A stretch of DNA of 64,000 nt from Polyangiales bacterium (lineage in GTDB: Bacteria; Myxococcota_A; Polyangia; Polyangiales; Polyangiaceae): contig JBBRNJ010000047.1 of assembly GCA_038230375.1 (NCBI GenBank), positions 1 to 64,000 on the forward strand, in the 5' to 3' direction. Under the pieces are notes generated by a model that was given only the letters and a program-made list of their open reading frames with translations, searched no databases and was not told the origin of the DNA. The translations under genes were made by a program, and so were the position numbers. This document shows, piece by piece, positions 38,350 through 49,009 of the stretch. Position 1 is the first letter of the stretch. The number at the start of each line of letters is the position of its first letter.

Positions 38350-39588
38350 ATGGCCTTCGATCACAACCGGACTTTTCCCATGCTCGCTCCACTGGTGTGG
38401 CGCTTACCGCTGGAACGCCTGAAGGCGATCGCGGCACAGGTCGGCGCGCCCGAGCCCAGCAAGGCGGAGGCCAAGCTCCCCGCGGAGTGGGCGAGCAACA
38501 TCCGCGATCAGTTCGCGGACCCCAACGAGCTGCGCGAATGGCTCACCGCAGACGATCTCCGGATCATCGGCGAGAGCTACACGTTCGGCACGCGCGCGTC
38601 GTGGGAGGCGACGCACCCAGGCGAGAGCTTCGACGCGATGGTGCTCGAGCTCGTCTTCCAGTGCGCCACGCAGAAGAAGACTGCGGCTGCGCCCAAGCTG
38701 CGCGCGAAGAGCACGAAGGCCGCGCATGTCGAAGGGTGGCCCGAACTAGCCACTTCGAAGGCGCTCGGAACTGCCGACGCAAAGAGCCTTGCGGCCGCGC
38801 TCGCCGCGTCGTTCGGCGCGGGGTTCGAGCCCATCGTTCGAGGAGGCCAAGGGGCGCCGGCGCGTCCGGGCGTGCTGGAGCGCACGTCCGGCATCACCTA
38901 CGTGGTCGTGCCGGGTGGCAAGGCTCACATCGGCCTCGCCGCGACGGAGAAGAAGAAGCTCGCGCCCGTCGCGAAGCGTCTCGGTGAGGAGGCGATGATG
39001 CACCTGGCCACGCTCGCGGAGATCGCTGCGCCCGCGCGCGCGGTCGCAACAGGGGCTTTCCTCTGCGCCGAGGCGCCACTGACGAAGACGCAGGCCACCG
39101 CCCTTGGCGCGAAGATCGCAGACGTCACGCCGGTGCACGACATTGCGTTGCTCGACGCGAAGATCGCCGCGAAGGCCGTGGCACGCGCGAAGGGCCGGCT
39201 CCTCTCCGAAGCGGAGTGGGAGTACGTCGCTCGCGGAGGTGATGGACGCGCGTGGCTCTCCGGCGACGAGGACCCCGCCGCGTTCGTGCGCGCAAGGCTC
39301 CGCGGCAAGCTGCTCGCCGGGGACGCACCGTTCGGCGTTTTTGGCCTGATGTGGGGCACGTGGGTCGACGACGGTTGGTTCGATTCGCACAAGGGCGCCC
39401 CGGCCGACGGAACCGCACGCGAGCCTCGTCGGGTCCCCGAGGTGATGCGCGGCGGCGGCGCGCCCATGCTCGTCCCGTGGCAGATCGGCGGAGAAGCCAT
39501 GCTGCTGCTCACGGCACACAGAGAGCGTCGTCAGAAGGGCAGCGTGCCGGTGCTCCTCGCCCTCGACCTGCCCACGCGAGCTCGGTGA
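38350..39588 (+). CDS. FGE-sulfatase (SUMF1-like) domain protein, divergent
   Basis: VVVPGG..IG, RLLSEAEWEYVARGG, PFGVFGL..WVDDGW, VMRGGG; start may be 38380. Confidence 0.8.
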   Translation: MAFDHNRTFPMLAPLVWRLPLERLKAIAAQVGAPEPSKAEAKLPAEWASNIRDQFADPNELREWLTADDLRIIGESYTFGTRASWEATHPGESFDAMVLELVFQCATQKKTAAAPKLRAKSTKAAHVEGWPELATSKALGTADAKSLAAALAASFGAGFEPIVRGGQGAPARPGVLERTSGITYVVVPGGKAHIGLAATEKKKLAPVAKRLGEEAMMHLATLAEIAAPARAVATGAFLCAEAPLTKTQATALGAKIADVTPVHDIALLDAKIAAKAVARAKGRLLSEAEWEYVARGGDGRAWLSGDEDPAAFVRARLRGKLLAGDAPFGVFGLMWGTWVDDGWFDSHKGAPADGTAREPRRVPEVMRGGGAPMLVPWQIGGEAMLLLTAHRERRQKGSVPVLLALDLPTRAR

Positions 39589-39617
39589 GAGCCCACCTCC
39601 CGCAAGCCGGGCTGGTC

Positions 39618-40202
39618 CTAGTCGTCCAGTCCGAGGCCCTTCAGGATCCTTGGCTTGTGCTTCTCCACGCGTGCGGTGCGGGTCTTCGACTGCTTGGGCT
39701 GCGCGAAGTGGAAGATGTACCCGCGCTGCCGACCCGGTGTGAGCGCAGCGAAGGCCGCGCTCAATCTGCTATTTTCGGCGAGCTCGGTCGCGAGCTCCTC
39801 GGGTAGCTCGTAGTCCTCTGTCTTCTTGAATGGCACCTTCAGCCCGTCACGCTCGATCTTCATCGCCTGGCGCACGTAGGCCTTCACGGTACTCTCGAGC
39901 TTTGTCACGTCCGCGCCGCTCGTGAACCGGATCTGCCGCGCCGCCTGGACGTTCTTGGTCTGCTGGATGAGGACTCCCTTGGGGTCCGGGAGCAGCGAGC
40001 CCTTGTGGAACAGGACCGCGCAGTACTCCTTGAAGCCGTGGATGAGCAGCACGTTCTTGCCATCGAGCGCGTAGCAAGGGTGGCCCCACTTCAGCTCCTC
40101 GGTGAGGCCGCTCGTGAGGATGATTGCCCGAAGCTTCGTGAGCTCTGCCCGCCACTTGCCCTGTCGCTTCAGATACGCATCCACCTTCGGGTTCATCGGC
40201 AT
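39618..40202 (-). CDS. YdeI/OmpD-associated (DUF1801 + OmdA) family protein
   Basis: EELKWGHPCY, FHKGSLL, FAALTPGRQRGY, KQSKTRTARVEK. Confidence 0.92.
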   Translation of the reverse strand: MPMNPKVDAYLKRQGKWRAELTKLRAIILTSGLTEELKWGHPCYALDGKNVLLIHGFKEYCAVLFHKGSLLPDPKGVLIQQTKNVQAARQIRFTSGADVTKLESTVKAYVRQAMKIERDGLKVPFKKTEDYELPEELATELAENSRLSAAFAALTPGRQRGYIFHFAQPKQSKTRTARVEKHKPRILKGLGLDD

Positions 40203-40243
40203 CCTACATTCTACAAAAAACGGCGCGCGGTCCAAAAACCTTG

Positions 40244-40681
40244 TCAGCGGCGCAGGGGGGCTGGATTGTTCACCACGAACCAGAAGAGCCCCAGCGTTCG
40301 GATGCTCTCCGCGAACTGATCGAAGTCGACTGGCTTGCGGACGTAGGCGTTCGCGCCAAGGTCGTAGCTCCTGATGACGTCCTCGTCCTCTGCGGACGAG
40401 GTGAGCACGACGATCGGCAGGCGCTTGGTCCGCTCGTCCGCGCGGATCCGGCGCAGGACCTCCAGGCCGCCGATCTTCGGGAGGTTCAGGTCCAGGAGCA
40501 CGACGGTTGGCAGGTCACTGACATCGCGTCCGGCATGCGAGCCCGTCCCGAACAGGTAGTCGAGTGCCTCCTCGCCGTCGCGCGTGACCACCATCTCATT
40601 GGCGAGCTTCGCCTTGGTGAGCGCGCGAATGGTGAGGAGCTCGTCGCTCTCGTTGTCCTCGACCAGAAGAATGACTTTCAC
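40244..40681 (-). CDS. Single-domain response regulator (Rcp1/CheY-like)
   Basis: [31 protein letters not shown] overlap with kinase. Confidence 0.95.
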   Translation of the reverse strand: MKVILLVEDNESDELLTIRALTKAKLANEMVVTRDGEEALDYLFGTGSHAGRDVSDLPTVVLLDLNLPKIGGLEVLRRIRADERTKRLPIVVLTSSAEDEDVIRSYDLGANAYVRKPVDFDQFAESIRTLGLFWFVVNNPAPLRR

Positions 40682-42672
40682 GAGTTCACGCCTTCCCGGA
40701 TGGATTGAGGAATTGAAAAGTAGAAGGTGGCGCCCTGATCGACAGTGCCTTCTGCCCAGATGCGGCCGCCATGTCGACCGACAATTCGATGTGCGGTGGC
40801 CAGACCGACGCCGGTGCCGGCGAAGTCGCGCTGGCCGTGGAGGCGCTGGAAGGGCGTGAACAGCTTGTCGGCGTGCGCCATGTTGAAACCGGCGCCGTTG
40901 TCGCGCACGAAGAAGGTGAGGACGCCGTGGTGTTCGGTGGCGCCGAACTCGATTCGCGGCTGCGCGACCTTGCCGGTGAATTTCCAGGCATTGCCAAGCA
41001 GGTTCTCGAGGAACGTGCGCGCAAGAGTCGGGTCCATGTGCGCGGAAAGGCCTTCGGTCACGACCAACTCCACCTTGCGGTCCGGCGTGGTCGTAGCCAG
41101 TTGACCCACGACGACGCGGACCAGGTTCGAGAGATCGGTTCGCTCCGCATGCAGATCGCTGCGGGTGACGCGCGCCAGCGAGAGGAGCGCGTCTATCAGC
41201 TCTCCCATCCGCACTGCGTTCTGCTGGATCTGGTTGATGGAGGCGATGCCCTCTGCGTCGAGCTTGTCCCCGTAGTCCTCGGAGAGGATCTTCGCGAAGC
41301 CGCTCATGCCTCGCAGCGGCGCGCGCAGATCGTGCGCCACGGAATAGCTGAATGCCTCGAGCTCGCGGTTCACCAGGCGCAGCGCGATCTCGGTCCGCTT
41401 GTTCTCGGTGACGTCGCGAATGGCGCTGGACACCAGCACGCCGTCGTCTGTGACGAGCGGGCTCAAGCTGATCTCCACCGGAAACTCGCTGCCATCCTTG
41501 CGCCGCCCAAGGAGCTCGAGCCCCGTTCCCATGGACCGTGCTTTTGGCTCAGCAAAGTACGAAGTGCGATGTGCCGGGTGTGCACCCCGAAAGCGATTGG
41601 GGACCAGGGTGTCCACTGACTTGCCGAGCAGCTCTGCGCGCGGATATCCGAATAGCTTTTCCGTCTGTGCGTTGACAAGGAATATGGAGCCCTGTTGGTC
41701 CACGATGACCATCGCATCCGGCGCCGATTCGAGCAGGCCACGGAACTTTGCGTCCGCGGCGCGCTCCTCACGCAGTCGGCGGATCGACTCTTCCGCACGT
41801 TTGCGCTCGGTCAGATCCAGGGTGAAGGCCACCCGCTCTCCCGTCCCTTCGAGCATGGCCGCGCCGACCAGGATGGGGACCCGACTACCGTCTTTCCGGA
41901 CGTACTCCTTCTCCCAGGCGCTCGCGACGCCGGTCGCCTTCAGCTGCTCGATGGGGCCAACGTCCAGAGCTCGTGACTCGGGCGGCGTCATCGCGCGCCA
42001 GTTCACCGCGCCCGCGAGCACGTCGTCGGGCGTGTAGCCCACCATGTCCAGGAAGGCGCCGTTGGCCTCCACGATCGTCCCGTCCGCGCTCGAAGTGATG
42101 ATGCCGATGATGCCAGCGTCACCAAGCCTGCGGAACCGCCCCTCGCTTCGCTGCAGCGCCTCGTCGACGCGTTTGCGTTGGGCGATCTCTTTTTGCAGCT
42201 CCTCGTTCTTCGCGGAGAGCTCGGCGGTTCGTTCCAGCACGCGCGCCTCCAGCACTTCGTGCGCTCTGCGCAGCTTTTCGTGGGCCTTCACCAGCTCCTG
42301 CGTCGTGGGCACCGAAAGGGCCTTGGGTACCAGCTTGATGAGCAAGATGGCCGTGGGAACGGACGCCGCAGCGGTGATGGCCTTGATGACGCCGGAGAGC
42401 CAGTACGTCGGTATCCACAGCGTGTAGACCTCCATCACGTGCGTGGTGCCGCACGCGATGATGAACACCCCAAAGCAGAAGAACATCCACCCGAACGGAA
42501 TGTCCTTTCGCCTGCGAGCGATGTACACGAGCGTGAACGGAATCGACGTGTACGCGAGCGCGATCAACGTGTCCGACACCACGTGCAACCACACGAGCGC
42601 TGGATTCCAGAGGTAGCAATGCCCATGGGGCATGAACCCCTCGTCGGAAAATAGGTTATCCAGTGCCACCAT
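40678..42672 (-). CDS. Histidine kinase with ETR1-like N-terminal membrane domain and two PAS domains
   Basis: [13 protein letters not shown] and [15 protein letters not shown] ([22 protein letters not shown]); [34 protein letters not shown] before 42672. Confidence 0.93.
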   Translation of the reverse strand: MVALDNLFSDEGFMPHGHCYLWNPALVWLHVVSDTLIALAYTSIPFTLVYIARRRKDIPFGWMFFCFGVFIIACGTTHVMEVYTLWIPTYWLSGVIKAITAAASVPTAILLIKLVPKALSVPTTQELVKAHEKLRRAHEVLEARVLERTAELSAKNEELQKEIAQRKRVDEALQRSEGRFRRLGDAGIIGIITSSADGTIVEANGAFLDMVGYTPDDVLAGAVNWRAMTPPESRALDVGPIEQLKATGVASAWEKEYVRKDGSRVPILVGAAMLEGTGERVAFTLDLTERKRAEESIRRLREERAADAKFRGLLESAPDAMVIVDQQGSIFLVNAQTEKLFGYPRAELLGKSVDTLVPNRFRGAHPAHRTSYFAEPKARSMGTGLELLGRRKDGSEFPVEISLSPLVTDDGVLVSSAIRDVTENKRTEIALRLVNRELEAFSYSVAHDLRAPLRGMSGFAKILSEDYGDKLDAEGIASINQIQQNAVRMGELIDALLSLARVTRSDLHAERTDLSNLVRVVVGQLATTTPDRKVELVVTEGLSAHMDPTLARTFLENLLGNAWKFTGKVAQPRIEFGATEHHGVLTFFVRDNGAGFNMAHADKLFTPFQRLHGQRDFAGTGVGLATAHRIVGRHGGRIWAEGTVDQGATFYFSIPQSIREGVNS

Positions 42673-42824
42673 CGTGTCCCTCCCAACCACCAGCGCGGGC
42701 AGGCTGGCCTACTCTGGCGCCGCGACGATACCTCACGAACGTCATTTGCGGCACGTCACCACGCACAAAGCTCAGCGGTTCTTGCGAGGGACCTGGGAGG
42801 CTGACGCGATGCCTGGCAGGACGA

Positions 42825-43325
42825 TCACAGCAGCTTCTTCGGCGGCTTGGCAAGGAGCATCTCCAGCGTCTTCTGCAGGCGTCGCTCGCGGGTCTCCGGC
42901 TTCTTCGCGGACGCGAGCGCTTCGGCGTGTTCCTTCTTGTGTGAGTAGCTCAGCGCGTTCCACGATGCGCGCGCGGCCGTGTTCTTCGCAAGGAGCTTGG
43001 CGAGGTCGGGCGGGGTAGCGATCTCGCGCGGCTTGTCGTCCAGAGAAACGGTGATCGACACGTGCTGGCCCGCGACAAGGCCCGCCTCTTCGCGATGAGA
43101 GCGACGGATCCCGATGTAGTACTTCCCGCCGTAGACAGAGACGGTCCAGCGAAACGTGTAGACTGCACCTTTGTGCTCGCGACCGCCTGCTCCGTGAATC
43201 GGCGTGACGCTGATGACGATGGGCGGCCGTGCGCGCCCGAACGCATCCTTGACGTCGAACGGCAGCTCGATCATGAAGTTCTCGCCCTCCGCCGGGACCG
43301 TCGCCCGGAACGTTTGCTTTGTCAT
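42825..43325 (-). CDS. DUF1905 + OmdA/YdeI family protein
   Basis: IELPFDVKDAFG, WNALSYSHKKEH, AKKPETRERRL. Confidence 0.85.
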   Translation of the reverse strand: MTKQTFRATVPAEGENFMIELPFDVKDAFGRARPPIVISVTPIHGAGGREHKGAVYTFRWTVSVYGGKYYIGIRRSHREEAGLVAGQHVSITVSLDDKPREIATPPDLAKLLAKNTAARASWNALSYSHKKEHAEALASAKKPETRERRLQKTLEMLLAKPPKKLL

Positions 43326-43369
43326 CGCGGGTCAGAAGATATCGCGATCTCGCCGCCCGTGCCCCACGG

Positions 43370-44353
43370 TCAGGTGGGCAATGTTTCGGGTAGGCCGAAG
43401 ACGCGGGCGAGGCGGGGCAGCATGAAGTGATCGATCGTCGCGATCTTTCCGTCCCGTCCGCCCACGACCTGAATCGCCCGCAGGCGCAGCGGTTGGTCCT
43501 TCGTGATGACGCGATAGAAGCCAAGGGCTGGGCGGGCGTTCGCGCGCGTGCTGATCACGCGTGCGCCCGTGGGGCCGCCTGCGAGCATCTGCCGGTAGAA
43601 GGCCGCATTCGCCGCGCGGCCCGCGACCCACATGGCGTACGGCGGCATGGTCGTGGTGACGTCCTCGTGGAAGAGCGCGACGAGCTCGTCCACGTTTGCC
43701 TCCTCGTACGCGCGCACGTATCGAACGAGGAGTGATTCGTCTATCTCGCCCGCGGCCTCTGCGAAATCGCCCGCCTCACGACCGCCCAGCTTCTTCGCGA
43801 CGGTCTCACGCGCACGGAAGAGCGCGCTATTGGCTGCGCCCAGCCCCAGGTCCAGCACGCGTGCGGTCTCCTCCGCCGAGAGACCCACCACGTCCCGCAA
43901 GAGGAGCGTCGCGCGCTGCGCCGGCGACAGTACATGCAGCGCCGCAACGAACGCCAGCGCCACGCTCTCCTTCAACGTGTAGCGCGCAGAAGGGTCGCTC
44001 GACTCGCCTGCGAGCCAGGTGTCCGGCATGGGTTCGAGCCACAGATCCTCGTCGTCTGGTGCGCCCGGCAGCGGCCATGTTGGATCGGTGGAAGGCGGCG
44101 CGTCTTGCGGCACGGCACGCCGCGGTCGCTTCCGGAGCTCGTCCAGGCACGCGTTCGTGGCGATCCTGTAGAGCCACGGACGGAGGCGGCTCTCGTCCTC
44201 GAGCGTGTCGCGGGCGCGCCATGCACGGAGCAGCGTCTCCTGCACGGCGTCGTCGCCGTCGTGCGAAGAGCCGAGCATGCGGTAGCAATGCAGGCGCAGC
44301 TCCCCGCGATGGGGAGCCAGTGCGTCGAAGAACGTGCGCTCTGCATCCTCCAT
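43370..44353 (-). CDS. ECF sigma factor with SnoaL-like C-terminal extension (SigG/ECF56-like)
   Basis: ELRLHCYRMLGS..DAVQETLLRAW, WLYRIATNACLD, WLEPMPD, LLLRDVVG, MPPYAMW. Confidence 0.9.
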   Translation of the reverse strand: MEDAERTFFDALAPHRGELRLHCYRMLGSSHDGDDAVQETLLRAWRARDTLEDESRLRPWLYRIATNACLDELRKRPRRAVPQDAPPSTDPTWPLPGAPDDEDLWLEPMPDTWLAGESSDPSARYTLKESVALAFVAALHVLSPAQRATLLLRDVVGLSAEETARVLDLGLGAANSALFRARETVAKKLGGREAGDFAEAAGEIDESLLVRYVRAYEEANVDELVALFHEDVTTTMPPYAMWVAGRAANAAFYRQMLAGGPTGARVISTRANARPALGFYRVITKDQPLRLRAIQVVGGRDGKIATIDHFMLPRLARVFGLPETLPT

Positions 44354-44986
44354 CTACGCCGCCAGCGCTCTCTGCGCGTCCGCGATCGCGCGCTTCATGC
44401 TGTCGCGCGCGACCATGCGTCGCAGCCATGCGTTCACGCGCTCGTGCCGCGCAACGTCCAGGCCGCACGCCTCGGCGATGGTGTAGTGCGACGCGAGCGC
44501 GAAGTCGGCGATCGAAAGCCGCCCTGCGACAAACTGCTTGTTCTCGAGCGATCGATCGAGCACTGCGGACAGCTTACCAAAGTCCTCCGTGCCCGCGGCG
44601 ATGGCGGCCTGGTCCGGCTCGCCCTGCCCGGTGAGCTTCTTGACGATGCGCTCGAACGCGACCATGCGCGTTGCGGGGCCCAGGTGCGCAAGCTGCCAGG
44701 ATAGCCAACGATCCACCTCTGCGCGCTCGCGTGGATCGGTGGGGACGAGCGGTGAGCCGGCGGCCAGGTACGCGATGATCGCGTTCGACTCCGAGAGCAA
44801 GAAGTCGCCGTCCTCGAGCACCGGCACGCGGCCGTTCGGGTTTTTGGCCAGGAACGGCGCGAGCCGCGACTCGCCTTTGACCAGGTTCACGGGCACATAC
44901 TCCAGGTTGATGCCGAGCTCGTAGGCAACGGCGCGGACTTTTCGACAGTTGGGTGAAAATGCAAAATCGTGGAGCTTCATGCTCAT
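44354..44986 (-). CDS. Glutathione S-transferase family protein
   Basis: SPNCRKV, NPNGRVPVL, ESNAIIAYL, LSIADFAL. Confidence 0.95.
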   Translation of the reverse strand: MSMKLHDFAFSPNCRKVRAVAYELGINLEYVPVNLVKGESRLAPFLAKNPNGRVPVLEDGDFLLSESNAIIAYLAAGSPLVPTDPRERAEVDRWLSWQLAHLGPATRMVAFERIVKKLTGQGEPDQAAIAAGTEDFGKLSAVLDRSLENKQFVAGRLSIADFALASHYTIAEACGLDVARHERVNAWLRRMVARDSMKRAIADAQRALAA

Positions 44987-45058
44987 GAGACGGCGCCCAC
45001 CTCGAAAAATGTACGGTCTGATCTCGAAATGGGTTCCGTGTTTTCATGCGGAGCAACC

Positions 45059-45718
45059 ATGGTCAGTCAGAAGAGGCGGATCACGCGAAGCGGACTTTGC
45101 CTGCTGCTTCTGTCGGCAGGGATCGCCTCTGCGTGCGCCACTGCGCCCATTACGGGGCCCGCGCCGGTCGCTGGTCCCGCTTCGTACATGGAGCGCTGCA
45201 CGGTCGCTGTCGGGCGACGCGATGCAGGCGTTCACGTCGCGCACGCGTCCGCTCCAGGTCCTCGTCTGGCACTCCAGATCGCTCGCGTGTGGTGTTTCTG
45301 GGTCGCGAACAGCGCCACTGGTGCGGTGGAGATCACGGGGAACGCGATCTCGTTCTCCGGATGGGAGTCCGCCGTGCAGATGGGCCGGCTCCTGGCGGAC
45401 GACATGCGTAACGAGCGCGAGTCCGACGCAGCGGAGCCCTTCGTGTGCGCTGGGCCCGGCGAAAGCACGCCGCCTCACAACGAGATCATGGGCATGGTGG
45501 AAGGGCCAGGGGTCCGCATCGTGGATCCGGCACCGGTGGAGACGCGCGTCATGCATCCGGCCAGCGCCAGGGACGCGGCGAAGCAGTTCTGCGCGACCAC
45601 CGCTAGCCGCGTGGGTGCCGCGGGGGTGATCGGACGAAGCCTGATCGTTCGCGACTACCCGGAGGTGCTGCAGCGGCTCGAGATGGAGCTCGCTCTCGAT
45701 CACGCGGCAGATCGCTGA
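45059..45718 (+). CDS. Hypothetical lipoprotein
   Basis: LLLLSAGIASAC lipobox; C-terminal LIVRDYPEVLQRL reminiscent of secretin N-domain-like segments. Confidence 0.55.
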   Translation: MVSQKRRITRSGLCLLLLSAGIASACATAPITGPAPVAGPASYMERCTVAVGRRDAGVHVAHASAPGPRLALQIARVWCFWVANSATGAVEITGNAISFSGWESAVQMGRLLADDMRNERESDAAEPFVCAGPGESTPPHNEIMGMVEGPGVRIVDPAPVETRVMHPASARDAAKQFCATTASRVGAAGVIGRSLIVRDYPEVLQRLEMELALDHAADR

Positions 45719-45906
45719 GCACACTGGGATCGGGGTTTGCGGGCGGAGACCAGGATTCGCGGGCCGTCGACCCTTTCGGGGCCTCGGCTGTCGTAGCTCT
45801 TGATGGTTGACCTCGAACGTGTCGTGGTGGTTCAAGGACGTCAAGCGTCGGCGAATGCGCGTAGCGTCTCTCGTTTCGCGCGACCTGCGCCCGCACGCGA
45901 TTGCTT

Positions 45907-46527
45907 TCAGGGCGCTGCCGCGAGTGAGGCCTCTGGGGTGGTTGTGGCGATGGACGGGCGCTCGGAGAACATGGCGACACGCTTCGCGATGCGCGGGTAG
46001 CTGTCCAGAGCCTTGGCGATCCCGTAGTGCGTCACGTGTTGCCACATGCAGATCGTGGCGACGTCGGCGTAGCTGAAGTCAGTGGCATCGGGGTCGACGT
46101 GAAGCTCGAGCCAGGCGAGTCCGGTGTCGATCGCCGCAGCGAGCTTGCGGAAGTACGCCACGCCATCCAGATCCGTGAGCCCGCCGCGCTTCGCGAGGAT
46201 GAGCACCACCTCGTTGCTCATGATCCCGTTTGCGACGGCGAGCTGATTGAGTGTGGAGACGCGCGCTCCGCAGACATCGAGGCGGTCGCTCGGATCGTAC
46301 TGTGCGACCAGGACGCGAGCGATGTGGTCCGAGTCGATCACCGTCTGACCTTGGTGGACGAGCGCAGGGACGCGCATCAGCGGATTGTCCCCATACGTGG
46401 TCGTCACAGTCGCAAGGATGTCGGGCGCGCGTATGAAGTCGAACGGGACGCCCAGCTCCGCCAGCACAATGCGGACCTTGCGCGTGAAGTGCGAGAGCGG
46501 TGTTCCGTAGAGCTTCGGCCTGTCCAT
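45907..46527 (-). CDS. Glutathione S-transferase N-terminal domain protein
   Basis: LSHFTRKVRIVL, NPLMRVPAL, DSDHI, FSYADVA. Confidence 0.88.
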   Translation of the reverse strand: MDRPKLYGTPLSHFTRKVRIVLAELGVPFDFIRAPDILATVTTTYGDNPLMRVPALVHQGQTVIDSDHIARVLVAQYDPSDRLDVCGARVSTLNQLAVANGIMSNEVVLILAKRGGLTDLDGVAYFRKLAAAIDTGLAWLELHVDPDATDFSYADVATICMWQHVTHYGIAKALDSYPRIAKRVAMFSERPSIATTTPEASLAAAP

Positions 46528-46600
46528 GGTGGCACCCTGCTGCCATGTTACGCCGTCGGATCTCCACCCTGCTGGGAGGGTTTGATCTATTCTCGGTCGG

Positions 46601-47233
46601 TTGATGCGACTCCGGGCGGCAACGATGTGCGTCGTCCTAGGCATGCCACTCACGGCGTGCTCGGTCCTCACCCGTTTCGACGGACTCAACGGTACAGACG
46701 CCGGCGTCACGAGCGCGACGGACGCAAGCACTCTGCTCGACGGAACGAGCGCGGTAAGCGACGCCGGTGCCGAAGCCCGCGCGCGACCGGACGGAGCCGT
46801 CACATTCGCCAAGAACGGGCACGACTATCTCGCCGTTGCGGGCCCTCCCACCGACTGGTCTGGAGCGCGTGCAGCCGCACAGGCGATGGGCGGCCACCTG
46901 GTCACCATCACCGACAACGAGGAGAACGAGTTCGTCATCGCGCTCATCAACACCCAGAGATCGACGCTCGTCAGGACCTTCTACGGACCGTGGATGGGCG
47001 GGTATCAACCGTCACCGACGCCCGAACAAGAGCCAGACGGCGGATGGCAATGGATCGACGGTACGCCGTGGAGCTTCGTGGGATGGATCGAGCCCCCGAG
47101 CAACACCAACGGAAACGAGAACTACCTTCACTACCTGGACTCCACGGGGGCGGGAGGAGCCATCGAGTGGAACGATATCGACGTCAACGGATCGAACAAC
47201 AGGGTCATCTCGTACATCGTGGAGTTCGACTAG
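46601..47233 (+). CDS. C-type lectin domain lipoprotein
   Basis: LTAC lipobox; NGHDY, WSGARAAAQAMGGHLVTI..ENEF, WMGG, WQWIDGTPW, WND, YIVEF. Confidence 0.9.
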   Translation: MMRLRAATMCVVLGMPLTACSVLTRFDGLNGTDAGVTSATDASTLLDGTSAVSDAGAEARARPDGAVTFAKNGHDYLAVAGPPTDWSGARAAAQAMGGHLVTITDNEENEFVIALINTQRSTLVRTFYGPWMGGYQPSPTPEQEPDGGWQWIDGTPWSFVGWIEPPSNTNGNENYLHYLDSTGAGGAIEWNDIDVNGSNNRVISYIVEFD

Positions 47234-48648
47234 GGCGGCGCGGTCTGCGTGGTCGGGACCCGCAGCGTGAACGTCGCGCCGGACTTCTCTCCCGGGCGCC
47301 ACGTGATCTCTCCGCCGTGCGCCTCCGCGATCCGCTTCACGATGGCGAGCCCCAGGCCCGTGCCGCTCGCGCGCGTGGTGAAGAAGGGCGTGAACAGCTT
47401 CTCGGCGACGTCGCTCGAGATCCCCGCACCGTCGTCAACAACCTCGAAATATACGGAGGACGCCGGTCGTCCCTCGCGGCGCGTTCGGACGAGCACGCGG
47501 CCGGTGCGTCCTCTCGCCTGCAGCGCGTTCGTGATGAGGTTGATGAGTGCCTGCCGGAGCAGCTGCTCATCGACTGCGAGCTCCGGCAGGTCTTCCTCCG
47601 ACTCGACGGTGACGAGCTCGTCGCCTTCGAAGCCCGCGGTCGCCGCCTCCACGGCTCCCAGGACCAGATGCGTTGGCGATACATCGGCGACTGACAGCTC
47701 ACGCGGCCGCGCAAAGTCGAGGAGCTCGTCGACGACACGCTTCAACCGCTGGGCCTCCTCGTTCACGATCCCGAGCAGCGTCAGCGTCTCCGCCGGCCCC
47801 GGATGCTTCCGGAGCGTCGCCAGCGCATTGAAGATGACCGCCACCGGGTTGCGGACCTCGTGCGCGACGACCGCCGAGAGCTCACCGAGCGCAGCGAGCC
47901 GCTCACGCCGCAGCAGCTCCGTGTGCGCGGCGCGGAGCTCGGCCGACGAGCGCTCGAGGGCCCGCGCGTCGGAGATGAGGCGTGCGATGAGCGTTGTTCC
48001 CGCCGCGAGCACGACTGCGAACTGGCCAACGTCAAGGGCATAGGGCGTCGCGATCTTGCCCGAAGCTGCAAGCGAGTCGTTCACGCCCGCGACGAGCTGC
48101 ACCGAGAGGCCGATGAGGTCGGCAAGCGCGCCCGGCTTGCCGCGTCGCCAGGAAAGGAAGATGCGCCCCTCGAGGATGAGGGTCGCGGCCAGAAGGAATG
48201 CGTACGTCACCTTCCCGATCGAAGTGGGCCGCGTGGTCACGTAGGACACGCCGAGCCACGGTACGGTCCGCACGAAGACCTCCGACGTGCGGCACACGCC
48301 GGGAATGAGCCACGCGAGGGCGATCAAGACGATGGCCACGACAACCGCCCGCTCCCAGCGCGCGAGCGCATGACCGTGCTTCGATGCAAAATACACGAAC
48401 CAGGACGCGACGAGCAGGCTCGCCGACGCGCCGCCCAGGCGCCCGAAGAATGGCCTCGCCTCGGGCGGGAGGTCCAGCGTGCTCTCCAGCACGCACACGG
48501 CGTAGACCGATGCGCAGATCGCAGCGACACCGAACCACCGCAGCTCGCGCCAGCCCGGCCCCGACGAGGCTGCGATGGTCGCGACGCCAACGAGCAGCGC
48601 GAGGACGATCACGACGCACGAGATGACGGAGGGGACGGGCAGGAGCAC
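47230..48648 (-). CDS. Membrane (7TM-like) sensor histidine kinase
   Basis: LGELSAVVAHEVRNP, NLITNALQA, DDGAGI, GTGLGL. Confidence 0.93.
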   Translation of the reverse strand: MLLPVPSVISCVVIVLALLVGVATIAASSGPGWRELRWFGVAAICASVYAVCVLESTLDLPPEARPFFGRLGGASASLLVASWFVYFASKHGHALARWERAVVVAIVLIALAWLIPGVCRTSEVFVRTVPWLGVSYVTTRPTSIGKVTYAFLLAATLILEGRIFLSWRRGKPGALADLIGLSVQLVAGVNDSLAASGKIATPYALDVGQFAVVLAAGTTLIARLISDARALERSSAELRAAHTELLRRERLAALGELSAVVAHEVRNPVAVIFNALATLRKHPGPAETLTLLGIVNEEAQRLKRVVDELLDFARPRELSVADVSPTHLVLGAVEAATAGFEGDELVTVESEEDLPELAVDEQLLRQALINLITNALQARGRTGRVLVRTRREGRPASSVYFEVVDDGAGISSDVAEKLFTPFFTTRASGTGLGLAIVKRIAEAHGGEITWRPGEKSGATFTLRVPTTQTAPP

Positions 48649-48654
48649 GGGGTC

Positions 48655-48984
48655 CTATTTGCCGCGACGCGCCTTGGTCCTTGGTAGCGCGTCACGCCAT
48701 GCGTCGGTCAGGAGCTCCACGAGCAGCTCTTCGTCGACCTTGGCAAGTTCCACCGCAACGTAGCCAAGGCGCGTCCATCCGCCCAGCGAGAAGAACGTAT
48801 CGGGAAGGGACTCGAACAAGGCCTCGCGCTGATCGACCGCGTGCACCATCAAGTTCACACGCTTGTCCGCGCCAAGCGTGGCGAAGATCTTTCGCTTGGT
48901 GCGGAACGCGGTGCGCTCCATGTGGGGGACCTCGGTCACGCCTTCCAGCGCGAGGGCGAGCTTGCGGAAACGCGCGGGCGTCAT
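48655..48984 (-). CDS. MmcQ/YjbR-family protein
   Basis: FRKLALALEGVTE.PHM..AFR..KIFATL, GWTRLG, LLTDAW. Confidence 0.85.
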   Translation of the reverse strand: MTPARFRKLALALEGVTEVPHMERTAFRTKRKIFATLGADKRVNLMVHAVDQREALFESLPDTFFSLGGWTRLGYVAVELAKVDEELLVELLTDAWRDALPRTKARRGK

Positions 48985-49009
48985 ACGCGGAGCGTACTCG
49001 ACGCGGGGC

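Noticed and set aside
38350..47233. Diversity-generating retroelement targeting the FGE-sulfatase or C-type lectin genes
   Set aside because: No reverse transcriptase and no template/variable repeat pair with adenine-specific differences; the 1-324 / 8910-9233 mismatches are not A-specific
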